A stretch of DNA of 63,160 nt, filler included, from Chiloscyllium plagiosum (lineage: Eukaryota), in the NCBI RefSeq assembly GCF_004010195.1. It is 4 parts of one record of this genome, joined end to end, with 100 filler letters (N's around TTAATTAATTAA, not from the genome) between each part and the next. Parts side by side here need not be neighbours in the genome. Positions count along the whole stretch, not along the records: positions 28,541 to 51,404 come from NC_057710.1; positions 51,505 to 58,256 come from NC_057710.1; 2 more parts are not named here. The stretch is one strand, 5' to 3'. The translations under genes were made by a program, and so were the position numbers. Under the pieces are notes generated by a model. It searched no databases and was not told where the DNA came from. It worked only from the letters and a program-made list of their open reading frames with translations. This document shows positions 38,507 through 51,756 of this stretch, piece after piece; positions within the stretch are counted from its first letter, which is position 1; each line of letters opens with the position of its first letter.

Positions 38507-39912
38507 CATCTTCACCACTTGTCCTCCTACCTACTGAAGAGCTAAAGTTGAGATCGGGATTTGCTGCCAGGCATACAGGTAATTATTGGTACAAAATGAA
38601 GGCTTGGCTTGCCTGGAGGATTTATCCTCTCTAATCTGACATTATTCCAGGATAACTGAAACACAATATCAGGCCAAAGCTTGGACTAAATCCTTGAAAT
38701 CTGTGTACACAGAAGACTAATTGAATAGTACTTAACTTTGGGCTAGGACACAGCTAAAAAAAGTGTTACTGATAACCTTAAAGTATGATTGGCACATTCT
38801 AACATGGTGCTTGCAGTAGATACAGTCGTAGTTTTGTTTCCTGGCTTTTTTGCTTAGATTTTGAAGGTTCTCTCGTTTGATAAAGTTAAAAGAAAAAGAA
38901 TTCTAAAGGGAATACTTTTTGTTTAGACAATGTCCCATTTCTCAAGACGAGAAAAATAAACTTAAGAGAGTTGTGATTAATACCTTCTGTGATGACCTAC
39001 TTTGTAAAAGTAGGTACTGACTACTGGCTTTCTCTAATGTGTTCAAGTAAATCTTCAGCACTTTTAAATGTGATCCTGGAGTGAAGGCAATGACATGAGT
39101 ATCTCTTTCAATCCTATCGAAACCATGGAACAAAACGGGCACATCAAATAAATTGCAATTGTCAGAACTTATATCTTTTTCATTTCTGTAGAAAATAGTA
39201 AATTGAATGTGCATTTCACAATGCTGGCCGTACTTAGTAATGTGCCGAATCCATAGCCTGTGTAAGACACACTGACCTCAGTATTGCAATAAGCATTCCT
39301 GCTGGATAACACTGTGTTGCAAACGGCAGTAGGAAATAATGTGCATAGGAAAATTTAGAGTTAACTGGAGGGATAATTCCATAATTTACACATGTGGGTA
39401 TGCCACGCACTATTTCCTTCCATTAAAATTGATATACAATGAATCAGTAGTTGCTCTCTGAGAATTTTTAACATGTGTTACCCATGAGTGTCCTCCCCCT
39501 AGTATTACCAAATTATGGAATCATCCCCTAAACTAACAAGCAATGGTAACTTATAATTTTACAGCATATTTAACATAATAAAACATTCAAAGGCACTTCT
39601 CAGAATGAGGTATTAGGGTAAAACAAAAACAAAGAACTCTGCGTGCAGGAAATCAAAACAACCATAGAAATTGCTGGAGAAACTCAGCAGGTCTGGCAGT
39701 ATCTCTGAGAGGAAGCAAAGTTAATATTTCAGGTCCAATGACTCATTGTCAGAACTGATTGTAGCGAGGAAATAGTTGGTATATATGGGCTTGACAGGAG
39801 GGGTGAGGTGCAAACGATAGGTGGAGATGGAACCCAGAGGAAGAGAACAGCAATTGGGCAGGGAAAGGAATGAGTAATGATCAGCCTGCAAAAATCAATT
39901 GTTACTAATGGG

Positions 39913-41741
39913 CTGTCTCTTCATCAGGTGGACCTCGAAAGCTAGTGCTTCCAAATAAATCTGTTGGACTATAACCTGGTGTTGTGTGATTTTTAATTTT
40001 GTCCACTCCAGCAGGCCACTGTCCCTGCCTGTTTCAAGAGGGTCAACATCATCCCTGTGCCTAAGAAGGCTCATAGAGCATGTCTCAATCACTACCACCC
40101 AGAGACCCTACATTCAGTGGTCATGAAGTGTTTTGAAAGGCTGGTCATGGCATTAATCAATTCCAGCCTCCCCACTACTCTTGACCCACTCCAATTTGCC
40201 TCTGGGACCAATAGATCCATGTCAGATGCCATATCGCTTGCCCTTCACTCCTCCCTAGAATACCGTGACACCAAGAACAGTTATGTAAGAATCCTACTCA
40301 TTGACTACAGTTCAGCCTTCAGCCTTTGAGACTGATTACTAAACTCAATGATCTCGGACTAACTCCCACTCTCTGAAACTGGATCTTCAGTTTCCTGACC
40401 CACAGGCCACAATCTGTGAAGATTGGAGACAATATTTCACCCTCAGTAACCCTCAACACTGAAGCCCCCCCCGCCCCAGGTGTGTGTACTTAGCCCTCTA
40501 CTGTACTCACTGTATACCCATGACCGTGTAGCCAAATACCAGACTAATGCCATTTACAAGTTCACTGATGACACCACCATAGTCTGTGGAATCTCAGATG
40601 GCGACGAAACAGACTACAGACGGGAGGTGGAAGACCTGGAAAAATGGTGCACTGAGAACAACCTAGCTCTCAATGCCGGCAAAACCAAGGAACTCATTAT
40701 TGACTTTTGGCAGAATGTTACTCATGACCCCCTACACATTAACAGCACAGAGGTGCAACGAATGGAGAGTATTAAGCTCCTGGGAGTGGTCATTCACAAC
40801 AAGCTTTCTCGGACTCTTCATGTGGACACACTGGTTACAAAGGCCCAATGTCTCTTCTTCCTCAGGTAGCTGAGGAAATTGGGCATGACGGTGAATACCC
40901 TTACCAACTTTTATAGGTGTGCCATCGAGAGGATTCTGTCTGGATGTAGCTACCTGGTATGGCAACTGTACCATTCAAGATCAGAGACAGTTACAGAGAG
41001 TGGTGAACTCAGCCCGGACAATCACAAAGGCCATCCTCCCATCTATAGAATCCATCTACCAGACTCGCTGTCAAGGAAAGGCCGCCAGCATTCTCAAAGA
41101 TCCATCCCACCCTGGCAATGTTTTTCTACAACCTCTACCATCGGGGAGAAGGTACAGAAACCTGAACACACCCACCAGCCGGTTTCGAAACAGTTTCTAC
41201 CCTACAGTTGTTAGCATACTAAATGGACTCACAAACTCTTCACATTTGCCTGTACTTGTGTTTTTTGTTTTTGGTATGGCAACTGTACCATTCAAGATCA
41301 GAGACGGTTACAGAGATTGGTGAACTCGGCCCGGACAATCACAAAGGCCAACCTCCCATCTATAGAATCCATCTACCAGGCCCGCTGTCGCGGAAAGGCC
41401 GCCAGCATTCTCAAAGATCCATCCCACCCTGGCAATGTTTTTCTACAACCTCTACCTTCGGGGAGAAGGTACAGAAACCTGAACACACCCACCAGCCAGT
41501 TTCGAAACAGTTTCTACCCTAGTGTTGTTAGCATACTAAATGGACTCACAAACTCTTCACATTTGCCTGTACTTGTGTTTTTTGTTTTTGCCACTGTTTA
41601 CCTATTATTTACTTATTTATGCTACTTAACTCTGTGATCTGCCTGTATTACTCACAAGACAAAGCTTTTCACTGTGTCTCGGTACACATGACAATAAATC
41701 CAGTTCAATTCAATTCCAACACCAGCACCTCAAAATCATGA
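39913..41741 (+). mobile_element. H1 short element split by a Rex1/Babar insertion
   Basis: H1 parts lie at ~39920-40011 and 41715-41741. 11-bp TSD ttactaatggg at 39902-39912 and 41742-41752. Confidence 0.75.
40012..41714 (+). mobile_element. Rex1/Babar LINE (RT and 3' end) with a 317-bp internal tandem duplication
   Basis: [36 protein letters not shown] and KFTDDTT motifs; ttcaa tail. 40955-41271 is approximately equal to 41272-41588. Confidence 0.9.
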
Positions 41742-41959
41742 TTACTAATGGGGACAATTAGTAGCTGACAATGGTTTAGTTTTGGTTGCAGACCATGTGA
41801 TAACAAGACCTGGTGCATGGGGTTTTAACGAAGGTCATGGAAGAAGGTAAAATTATTGAACTTGAAATTGAGTTCTGAAGGCTCAATTTCCCAGCTATTC
41901 CAGATTGCCGCAGCGGGAATGGTGAGAGGATGGATCAGGGGCTGCCGAGAAGGTATGTT

Positions 41960-43863
41960 TTCCTGTTAAATATTTACCTCGTGAACTGGAAGGGCACCAA
42001 TATCCTGGGCAGGAGTTTTGCTCGAGCTCTTGGGGAGGTTTTTAACTAGTTTGGCAGGGGGGTGGGACTGGAGCTACAGATCCTCGCCTACCTCCCCTGC
42101 TATTCCTTTAGAAACATCAAAACCCCGGAACATCCAACAACCATTCCTGCCCCTGTGATATCCAAGACCACAACATCATAGTTCCAAGTACCGCTCCATG
42201 CCCATCACCTTTATTCCTGATACATTTTGTGTTAAAATAGACACACTTCAACCCATCACACTGACTGTAACTTTGCCCTATCATCTGTCTATCTCTCCTC
42301 ACAGACTCTCTGCACACTATATCTGAACAGGGTGATGGACGTAGAGCATGGTTCACTACCTGGAAAGATGATGTTGTTGCCATTACATAGAATTGGATAT
42401 CAGAGGAGTAGGAATAGTTATTGGATTTCCAGGGTTTAGATGTTTCAAAAGGAATTGGGGGAGGTACACCCTCCAGACGATTGGAGGGTGACAAATGTTA
42501 TTCCCTTGTTCAAGAATGGGAATAGGGATAATCCTGGGAAATATAGACCAGTTAGTCTTGCGTCTATGGTGGATAAATTATTGGAGACGATTCTGAGAGA
42601 TGGGATTTATAGTTACTTGGAGAACCATAACTTGATTAGAGATAGTCACTATGGCTTTGTGAGGGGCAGGTCATGCCTCATAAACCTTATTAAATTCTTT
42701 GAGGATGTGACAAAACACATTGATGAAGGTAGAGCAGTGGATATGAGCTACATGAATTTTAGTAAGACATTTGATAAGGTTCCCCATGGTTCACTCAGAA
42801 AGTAAGGAGTCATGGGATACAGGAAAATTTAGCTGTCTAGATACAGAATTAGCTGGTCCACAGAAGACAGAGGGTGGTAGTAGATGGAAATGAATTCAGC
42901 CTGGAACTCAGTGACCAGTGGTGTTCAGCAAAGCTTCTGTTCTTGGACCTCTGCTCTTTGTAATGACTTGGATGAGGAAGTGGAAGAGTGGGTTAGTAAG
43001 TTTGCTGATGACACAAAGGTTGGTGGAGTGATGGATAGTGTGGAGGGCTGTTGCAACAGTACATTGACAGGATGCAGAGCTGGGCTGAGAACTGGCAGAT
43101 GGAGTTCAACCTAAAAAAGTGCGAAGTGATTCATTTTGGAAGGTTGAATTTGAATGCGGATACAGGGTTAAAGGTAGGATTCATGGCAATGTGGAGGAAC
43201 AGAGGGATTTTGGGGTCCATGTGCATAGATCCCTCAAAATTGCAACCCAAGTTAATAGGGTTGTTAAGAAGGCATCTGGTGTGTTGACTTTCATTAGCAG
43301 GAGGTTCGGGTTTAAGATCCACGAGGTTAGGCTGAGGCTCTATGGAGCCCTGGTTAGTCTACACTTGGAATACTGTGTTTAGTTCTGGTCACCTCATTAC
43401 AGGAAGGATGTGCAAGCTTCAGAAAGGGTGCAGGCAAAATTTACCAGGATGCTGCTGGACTAGAGGGCATGTCTTATGAAGTTAGGTTGAAGGAGCTAAG
43501 GCTTTTCGCATTGGAACGAAGAAGGGGAAATGCGACTTGATAGAGGTGCACAAGATGATGAGCGGCATAGATGGAATGAATAGTCAGAGACTTTTTCCCA
43601 GGGCAGAAATGGCTATCATGAGGGGGCATAATTTTAAGGTGACTGGAGGAAGGCTTTGGGGAGATGTCAGAGGTCAGCTCTTTACAGACAGAGTGATGGG
43701 TGCCTGGAATGCACTGGTGGTAAATTCAGATACATTAGGGACATTTAAGCGATAGTAACATGAAGAGTATGTTGGTTAGTTTGATCTTAGAGTGGGATAA
43801 AAGGTCGGCACAACATCGAGGGCCGAAAGGCCTGCACTGTGCTGTACTGTTCTATGTACTATG
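41960..43863 (+). mobile_element. Rearranged CR1 (ORF1 end, inverted EN start, RT, 3' end)
   Basis: DWRVTNVIPLFK...YRPVSL, KFADDTK, HLEYCV motifs; ttctatgt tail. 42081-42325 is inverted. Confidence 0.85.
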
Positions 43864-44984
43864 TTTTTCCAGCTTGCACTGAGCTTCACAGGAGCACTCC
43901 AGCAAGCCTGAGATAGAGACGTTGGCTATGGAAGATGGTGGTGTGTTGAAGTGGCAGGTGACCAGAAGCTCAGGCTCTGACAGAACATGGGTGTTCTGCA
44001 AAACAGATCGGCCAGTCTACATTTTGTCTCCCCACCATAGATAGACCACCTTGTGAGCAGTGATGCAGTAAACTAGAATGAGCAAAGTGCAGGTAAATCG
44101 CTTCTTCAACAAGAAAGTGTGTCTGGGACCTTCAATAGTGAGGAGGGAGAAAGTAAAAGGGAAGATGCTAAAACCTTCTGCACTTGCATGAGAGGCTGCC
44201 GTGGGGGTGTGAGGTGATGTTGGGAGTGGAGGAGGTAGGGACCAAAGTGTCCCAGAGGGAATGGGTCCTGCAGAAAGATGACTAGGGAGGGGAGGGGAAG
44301 TCTATCTGGTGATGGTATCCTGCTCGAGGTGGTGGAAATGTCAGCTAATAATCCTTTGTGTGTAATCACTGGTGGGATTGTAAGTGAGGAGCAGGAGCAC
44401 TCTATCAGTGTTGTGGGAGGGAAGAGAAGGGGTAAAGACAGAAGTGCATGAGATTGATCAGGCACGGCTGAGGGCCCTGTCAACCGCAGTGGCGGGGAAT
44501 TGTCAGTTGAGGAAGAAGGTGGATATTTCGGAGGTCCCCTTGTAAAAGCTGGCATCATCTGAACCTATGTGATGGAGATGGAGAAACTGTGAGAAAAGAA
44601 TGGAGTTTTTACAGGAAGCAGGATGTGAGAATGTAGAGTCAAGGTAACTGGGAGTTAGTGGGTTGTAATGGATATTCGTGGTCAGTCTACCCCAGAAATG
44701 GAAACAGAGATGTCGAGGAAAGGGAGGGAGGAGTCAGAGATGGACCAGGTGAAGGTGAGAACATGGTAGAAATTAGAAGCAAAACTGATATTTTTTTCCA
44801 ATTCTGTATGAGAGAGGGAAGCAGCACTCATGATGTCTTCAAGTACCAGAGAAAGAGTTAAGGGGTGGGACCTGAGTAAGATTGGAAATGTTCCACTTTT
44901 CCAACAAAGAGACAGGCATAATTGAGATCCGTGCAGGTACCTACAGCCACATGTTTGATCTGAAGAAAGTGAGAGGAGTTAGAT

Positions 44985-45310
44985 TAGATTAGATTCCCTA
45001 CAGTATGGAAACAGGTCCTTCGGCCCAACATGTCCATACCAACCCTGCGAAGCGGAACCCACCCAGATCCATTCCCCGATCCTATATTTACCCCTGACTA
45101 ATGCACCTAACACTATGGGCAATTTAGCATGGCCAATTCACCTGACCTGAACATCTTTGGATTGTGGGAGGAAACTGGATGACCCAGAGGAAACCCATGC
45201 AGACACGGGGAGAATGTGCAAACTCCACAGACAGTCGCCTCAGACTGAAATTGAACCCGGGTCCCTGGCGCTGTGTGGCAGCAGTGCCAACCATTGAGCC
45301 ACCATGCTGC
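44985..45310 (-). mobile_element. HE1-like SINE
   Basis: Full SINE body with a (TTAGA)n tail on the plus strand. Confidence 0.85.
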
Positions 45311-45524
45311 CTCTATACAATTGTTACAAGGTCATTCAACCCACTTCATCTGTTGGCTTTCCAGATAAGCAATTCTCCAAGTACACTTTCACTCTCTTCT
45401 CCCTGTAACCTGACACATTCATCCTACTCTGAAAGTGATCTATTTCCTTTTCTGAGTGTTTTAATTGAATCTGCTTACCACCAGACCCTTGGGCAATGCA
45501 ATCCAGATCTTGTTGTGTGAATTA

Positions 45525-45885
45525 GATTAGAAAATTAGAATCCTAACAGTGTGGATACAGGCCCTTTGGCCCAACAAGTCCACACCTACCCTCCAAAGAG
45601 TAACCCACCAAGATCCATTCCCCTACCCTATTTCTCTACATTGCCCCTGACTAATGCACGTAACCTATACATCCCTGAATACTATGGGCAATTTAGCGTG
45701 GCCAATTCACCTAACCTGCACATCTTTTGTGATTGTGGGAGGAAACCAGAGCACCTAGAGGAAGTTCCACGCAGACACGGGGAGAATATCAAACTGCACA
45801 CAGACAGTCCCCTGAGGTGGGAATCGATTCTGGGTCCATGGCACTGTGAGGCAGCAGTGCTAACCACTGAGCCACCGTGCCACCC
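45525..45885 (-). mobile_element. HE1-like SINE
   Basis: Minus-strand head ggtggcacggtggctcagtggttagcactgctgcctcacag (A box). Confidence 0.88.
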
Positions 45886-46779
45886 CAAGTTGAAGGAGAA
45901 GTTGTTCAAAGTGAGGACTGGCTTGACAGGCAGAAGAGGGCAGTGATGGATACGACTGCTTCAGGTTTTTCTTTCCAGGAATATGCAGACAGCCCTGAAT
46001 CCATCCTGATGGGGGAATCAACGTGCAAAGTCATTGCAGCTCAATGGTTGGGAGGATTCAGCTGGAGCCTGCAAAATGGGGGTTCTGAAACTGATGTAAA
46101 GCGAGAATTGGGATGTAAGCGAGGAAGGACTGAGCAAAGGGTGAAAATAAATCTCGGTGAGCTGGGAAAAGATGAGTTTTGTCGGTCAAGAAGAAACAAA
46201 GTGTCTGTCTGGGCAGTCCTGCTTGTGAATTTTGGGAAGGAGATAGAAGTGGGCTGGTTGGAATGGGGGAGCGTTGAGTTTGGAGGCAGATGGGGGGAGA
46301 TTGTGAGATGAAATGAGATCAGTGACCATTGTGGACACAATAGCCTGGTGCTCAGTGGTGGTGTCATCGTCCAGGGGAGATAGAAGGAGGTGTCCAAGGT
46401 GGCAACTCAGCCTCCCCAGTGTTGAGGTCAGTCCAAAAGCCTTCATTAGGTCTGACAGCACAGAGTACAGTTAGTTCAGATGTTAGAGCAGGTCAGCGAA
46501 ATGGCTGAATTGAATTGAAGGAGTGTGCTAAAAGAAGGCAGAGATGTAAAGAGATAGGGCAGTTTACGGAGGGAGGTGGCCAGGGCAGCTGAAGGAATAA
46601 TCACCAACAGTGAAATAACTGAAATCACATTTGGACAAATGGCCAATAACATGAGCTGAGATTCCCACTATCAGAGCGTAGCTGCAAGAAGACAAGAACA
46701 ATTGTATGTTTTAGAGGCCTTCTTGTGAGTCCAATGCAATATGGTTATTTTTCCAAGTGATTCAACAAGCTACCCAGTG

Positions 46780-47270
46780 AGCCATCCTCCTGGGACACCC
46801 TCACCCATCAACCCTATCGCCCAGTGGCTGAACACTTCAACTCCCCCTCCCACTCCATCAAGGACGTGCAGGTCCTGGGCCTCCTCCACAGCCAAACCGT
46901 TACCACCCGACGCCTGGAGGAGGAACGTCTCATATTCCACCTTGTGACCCTGAAACCACACGGGATAAATGTGGATTTCAACAGCTTCCTCATTTCCCCT
47001 CCCCCCACATTATCCCAATCCCAAGCCTCCAACTCGGCACCGCCCTGCGGACCCGTCCATCACTGTCCCTCTGACCTATCACCTCCTCCCTCATCTTTGT
47101 CCACTTATCATTTTCTCAGTCACCTCCCTCCAACCCCCACGCCCCTCCCATTTATCTCTCAGCCCCAACCCACAAGCCTCATTCCTGATGATGGGCTCCG
47201 GTCCGAAACGTCAATTCTCCTGCTCCTCAGATATTGCTTGACCTGCTATGATTTTCCGGCATCACACTCT
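46780..47270 (+). mobile_element. Penelope-like element 3' end: GIY-YIG C-terminus followed by the H2 hammerhead
   Basis: VAEHFNSPSHS...LEEERLIFHLVTLKPHGINVDF, then a pyrimidine-rich UTR, then the hammerhead at 47181-47216. Confidence 0.85.
47181..47216 (+). ncRNA. Minimal hammerhead ribozyme motif (H2)
   Basis: AUUC CUGAUGA U GGGC UCCG GUCC GAAA CGU C AAUU. Core and stem II are intact; stem I is poor. Confidence 0.6.
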
Positions 47271-47571
47271 GGACAGTGTCCTCCTGTGACTTGTTCACTG
47301 TTTCCTCATTGCCTCTCCATACAATATCTTGGACAATATTAGACTGACAATCCCCATTTGGTTCCTGAAGATTATTTCCTGCAATCAAAAACCATTAGAG
47401 CCCACCAGTCCCATAGCCATTACTATGTCTTACACATTCAACGATTCCTTGAAACTAAGTGGAATTATTAGGATTGACAGTGGAGCAGGAGGTCATGTAG
47501 AGAGAGGAGGAGGAGAAGGGCTTCAAAGTAGCATCCTTGGAAGAGGCTTCGCAGTGAGGTTAAAATCAACT

Positions 47572-47701
47572 AGGAGAAAGTAAGGACTGCAGATGCTGGA
47601 GATTAGAGTCGAGAGTGAGGTGCTGGAAAAACACAGCAGGTCAGGCAGCATCCGAGGTGCAGGAAAGTCGACGTTTCGGGCAAGAGCCGTTCATCAGAAA
47701 T
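47572..47701 (-). mobile_element. H2 short element with a hammerhead at 47666-47701
   Basis: Minus strand reads AUUU CUGAUGA A CGGC UCUU GCCC GAAA CGU C GACU. Confidence 0.7.
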
Positions 47702-48995
47702 GACCCTGATTGCCAGGGGTTCCATGCTGAGAAAAGCTTGATTTGGGTCCAATATAGGTCATGGAAATGATAGTGCTTGTGCAGGTTCCTAATGGTTATC
47801 GGAGAGAGGCAGGCGAATCTTCCTTAACCACATGGGCTGCTGCAGTTCAAGAGGGCTTCAACAGTTGAGAAGAAGAATCACCATAATCTCAAAGATAATT
47901 ACCAATGGGCAACGAATGACTCCTTGCTAATGATGTCAGCTTCTCACAAACAAATGAAAGTAAAAATGATCTGATCTCTTCCGTTTGGGTTGTACTGTAG
48001 ACTTTCTCAAGCAAAAGGGGTCTAATCTGTACATAGTTGGGAAACTGAATTAAAGATGTCCCACAATTTAAAAATGGCAAGAGATTAGAGAAAAAAACAT
48101 TCCTCCGCGTTGCCTAAAGTCGTGCCACCAACCTGCCCTGTGACCTCAACCAAACCCCCCTCCCACCCCAAGCACACACTCCCAACCACATGAGAACCCA
48201 CTGTCATGCCAAATTGAGAGGAATTTTGAGTTTAGTTTCTCAACAGCTGAATGTATGGCTGAGAATAATGGAGTAATTAAAATTGGAGGTGAGCAAGATC
48301 TGAGACTCAGATGATACAAAGAGTTCTCAGAGGTCTTCAGTGCTGAAGGAGGTGACAGGGATACAGATCAGTGTCTACTGAGGAATTGAAAACAAGTACA
48401 AGAATTTAGAAATTAAGACAATACTCTATTGGGAGCCATTATAGGTCAAAAAGCATAGGATCAATAGGTAAGTAGAACTTGCTATAAGAGATGCGGGACA
48501 GAGTTTTGGATGACCTCCAGTTTATGGAAGATGACAAGCAGTATATTGAGATAGTTGTTGGGTGAGGAGAGATGCAAGGTAATTCCCACCCCCACCCCCC
48601 TTTCCAATTGCAACAAGAGATGCATTTTCCATCGTCTGAGGATAACTTTAAAAATCCTACACAGAACCAGAATTATTTTTAAGATAAAATTAAAACAAAG
48701 ATTAGGACCAAATTGTAAACAGAACAAAAACACATTCCCCAAGCATATAGGCATAGGCTTAAAAACACACACACAATGAAAATGAATTTCAAGGATGCAA
48801 CATGTGCTTAGGAAACTCATAGGATAAAATGGAAACAGGTCACCTCTTTACAATGTCCTCACAATGGTTAAGAACATTCCTCCCTTGGTTCCCTGAAGAA
48901 AATGGTGGTTCTCAGATGAAGTTATCAAATCATTATAGTGGAGGATTATAAGCTTGCAGGCACATCAAATTTCATCCCACACCCCACCCCCTTCC

Positions 48996-51017
48996 TAGAA
49001 CATAGAACATAGAGCATAGAACATAGATCATTACAGGGCAGTACAGGTCCTTCGGCCCTCGATGTTGCGCCGACCAGTGGAACCAATCTGAAGCCCATCC
49101 AACCTACACTATTCCATTATCATCCATATGTTTATCCAATGGCCATGTAGATGTCCGTAAAGTTGGCGAGTGCACAACTGTTTCAGGCAGTGTGTTCCAC
49201 GCCCCTAATACTCTCTGAGTAAAGAAACTACCTATATCTTATATCTATCACCCCTTGGTTTAAAGCTATGTCCCCTTGTGCTAGCCATCACCATCTGAGG
49301 AAAAAGGCTCTCACTGTCCATCCTATTTAACTCTCTGATTATTTTGTATGTCTCAATTAAGTCACCCTGTGTAATCTGCAACATCCTCCGCACTGTCCAT
49401 AACTCCATACTTCAGTGTCATCCGCAAATTTACTAACCCATCCTTCTACAGCCTCATCAAGGTCAATTATCAAAATGACAAATAGCAGTGGCCCCAAAAC
49501 AGATCCTTTCGGTACACCACCAGTAACTGAACTCCAGAATGAACATTTTCCATCAACCACCACCCTCTGTCTTCTTTCAGCTAGCCAATTTCTGATCCAA
49601 ACTGCTAAATTACCCTCAATCCCATGGCTCCGTATTTTCTGCAATAGGCTACCATGGGGAACCTTAAACACCTTACTGAAATCCATATACACAATATCAA
49701 CCGCTTTACCCTCATCCACCTGTTTGGTCACCATCTCAAAGAACTTAATAAGGTTTGTGAGGCATGACCTATCCTTAACAAAACCGTGTTGGCTATCTCT
49801 AAACAAATTATTCCTCTCCAGATGATTATAAATCCTATCTCTTACAATCCTTTCCAAAACTTTACCCACAACTGAAGTAAGGCTCACTGGTCTATAATTA
49901 CCAGGGTTGTCTCTACTCCCCATCTTGAACAAGGGGATAACATTTGCTATCCTCCAGCCTTCTGGCACTATTCCTGTAGACAATGACAACATAAAGATTA
50001 AAGTCAACGGCTGTGAAATCACCTCCCTGGCTTCCCAGAGAATTCTAGGATAAATCACATCCTTCCCAGGGGATTTATCTATTTTCATACTTTCCAGAAT
50101 CGCTGACACCTCCTTCTTGTGAACCTTAATCCCGTCTAGTCTATTAGCCAGTATCTCAGTATTCTCCTCAACAATATTGTCTTTTTCAGTGTGAATACTG
50201 AAGAAAAATATTCATTTAGAGCTTCCCCTATCTCCTCGGACTCCACGCACAACTTCCCAACACTATCTTACTCGAGGCATTCCTTTATTATTGATATACC
50301 TTTTGATCCTTTCCTTGATCCTACCTGCCAAAAACTTCACATGTCTCCTCCTGCCTCTTCTTAGCTCTCTATTTAGGTCCGTCCTGGCTAACTTTTAATT
50401 CTCAAGCGCCCTTACTGAGCTATCACATCTCATCTTTACATAAGCCTCCTTCTTCATCTTGTGAAGAGATTCAACTTCTTTAGTAAACCACAGCTACCTC
50501 ATTCAAACATTCCTCCCTGACTGACAGGTACATACTTATCAAGGACACTTACTAGCTGTTCCTTGAACAAGCTCCAGATTTCAAATGTGCCCATCCCTGT
50601 AGTTTCCTTCCCCATCCTATGCATCCTAAATCTTACCAAATTGCATCATAATTGCCTTTCCCCAGCTATAACTCTTGCCCTAGGGTATATACCTGTCCCT
50701 TTCGATTGCTAAAGTAAATGTAACCGAATTCTGGACACTATTACCAAAGTGCTCACCTACCTCCAAATCTAACACCTGGCCATGTTTATTACCCAGTACC
50801 AAATCCAATGTGGCCTCACCCCTTGTTGGCTTGTCTACATACTGTGTCAGGAAACCCTCCTGAACACATTGGACAAAAACTGACCCATCAAAAGTACTCA
50901 ACCTATCGTATTTCCAGTCAATATTTGGAAAGTAAAAGACCCCATAACAACTACCCTGTTACTCTCGCTCCTATCTAGAATCCTCTTTGCAATCCTTTCC
51001 TCGACATCTCTGGAACT
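48996..51017 (-). mobile_element. CR1 LINE ORF2 (EN end, RT, internal deletion) and 3' end
   Basis: 250-aa ORF KSPGKD...NYRPVSL...KFADDT; (AGAACAT)n tail on the plus strand at ~48997-49027. Confidence 0.9.
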
Positions 51018-51404
51018 ATAGAGTCATAGAGTCATAGAGATGTTCAGCATGGAAACAGACCCTTCGGTCCAACCTGTCCATGCCGACCAGATATCCCAAC
51101 CCAATCTAGTCCCACCTGCCAACATCTGGCCCATATCCCTCCAAGCCCTCCCTATTCATATACCCATCCAAATGCCTCTTAAATGTTGCAATTATACCAG
51201 TCTCCACCACATCCTCTGGCAGCTCTTTCCATACACGGACCACAATCTACGTGAAAAAGTTGCCCCTTAGGTTTCTTTTATATCTTTCCCCTCTCACCCT
51301 ATGCCCTCTAGTTCTGGACTCCCTGACCCCAGGAAAAAGACATTGTCTATTTATCCTATCCATGCCCCTCATAATTTTGTAAACCTCTATAAGGTCACCC
51401 CTCA
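51018..51404 (-). mobile_element. CR1 family B 3' end, cut by the spacer
   Basis: tagagtcatagagtcatagag tail and the reverse complement of the ORF2 C-terminus. Confidence 0.88.
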
Positions 51405-51504
51405 NNNNNNNNNNNNNNNNNNNNNNNNNNNNNNNNNNNNNNNNNNNNTTAATTAATTAANNNNNNNNNNNNNNNNNNNNNNNNNNNNNNNNNNNNNNNN
51501 NNNN
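51405..51504. other. Artificial assembly/concatenation spacer
   Basis: N44-TTAATTAATTAA-N44. Confidence 0.97.
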
Positions 51505-51628
51505 TTCCTGATGAAGGGCTTTTGCCTGAAACATCGATTTTCCTGCTCCTCGGATGCTGCCTGACCTGCTGTGCTTTTCCAACAATACACTCTTCGACTC
51601 TGATCTCCAGCATCTGCAATCCTCACCC
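51505..51628 (+). mobile_element. H2 short element with a partly decayed hammerhead (51505-51538)
   Basis: UUC CUGAUGA A GGGC UUUU GCCU GAAA CAU C GAU, with CpG-type substitutions. Confidence 0.7.
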
Positions 51629-51756
51629 TGGCCTAGATACAACATTGCCTATTTGCTGAACTGTGGAAATTGTACTGACCCTGGTGGCAACCTCTAATCA
51701 GGTTGGTAGGGCCTGGTGGTGTCACCTCTTTTGCACATCCTCCAGCAAAAGTCTGC

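Larger units (their letters stand above)
39620..46440 (-). mobile_element. Fragmented Penelope-like element (RT + GIY-YIG, H3 3' end) with many nested insertions
   Basis: Segments: 45886-46440 (FYLLPKIHK); 43864-44980 (FASNF..LTFTWSISDSSLPFLDISVS, then a decayed GIY-YIG region); 41753-41890 and 39620-39900 (3' region with a decayed hammerhead). Confidence 0.8.
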
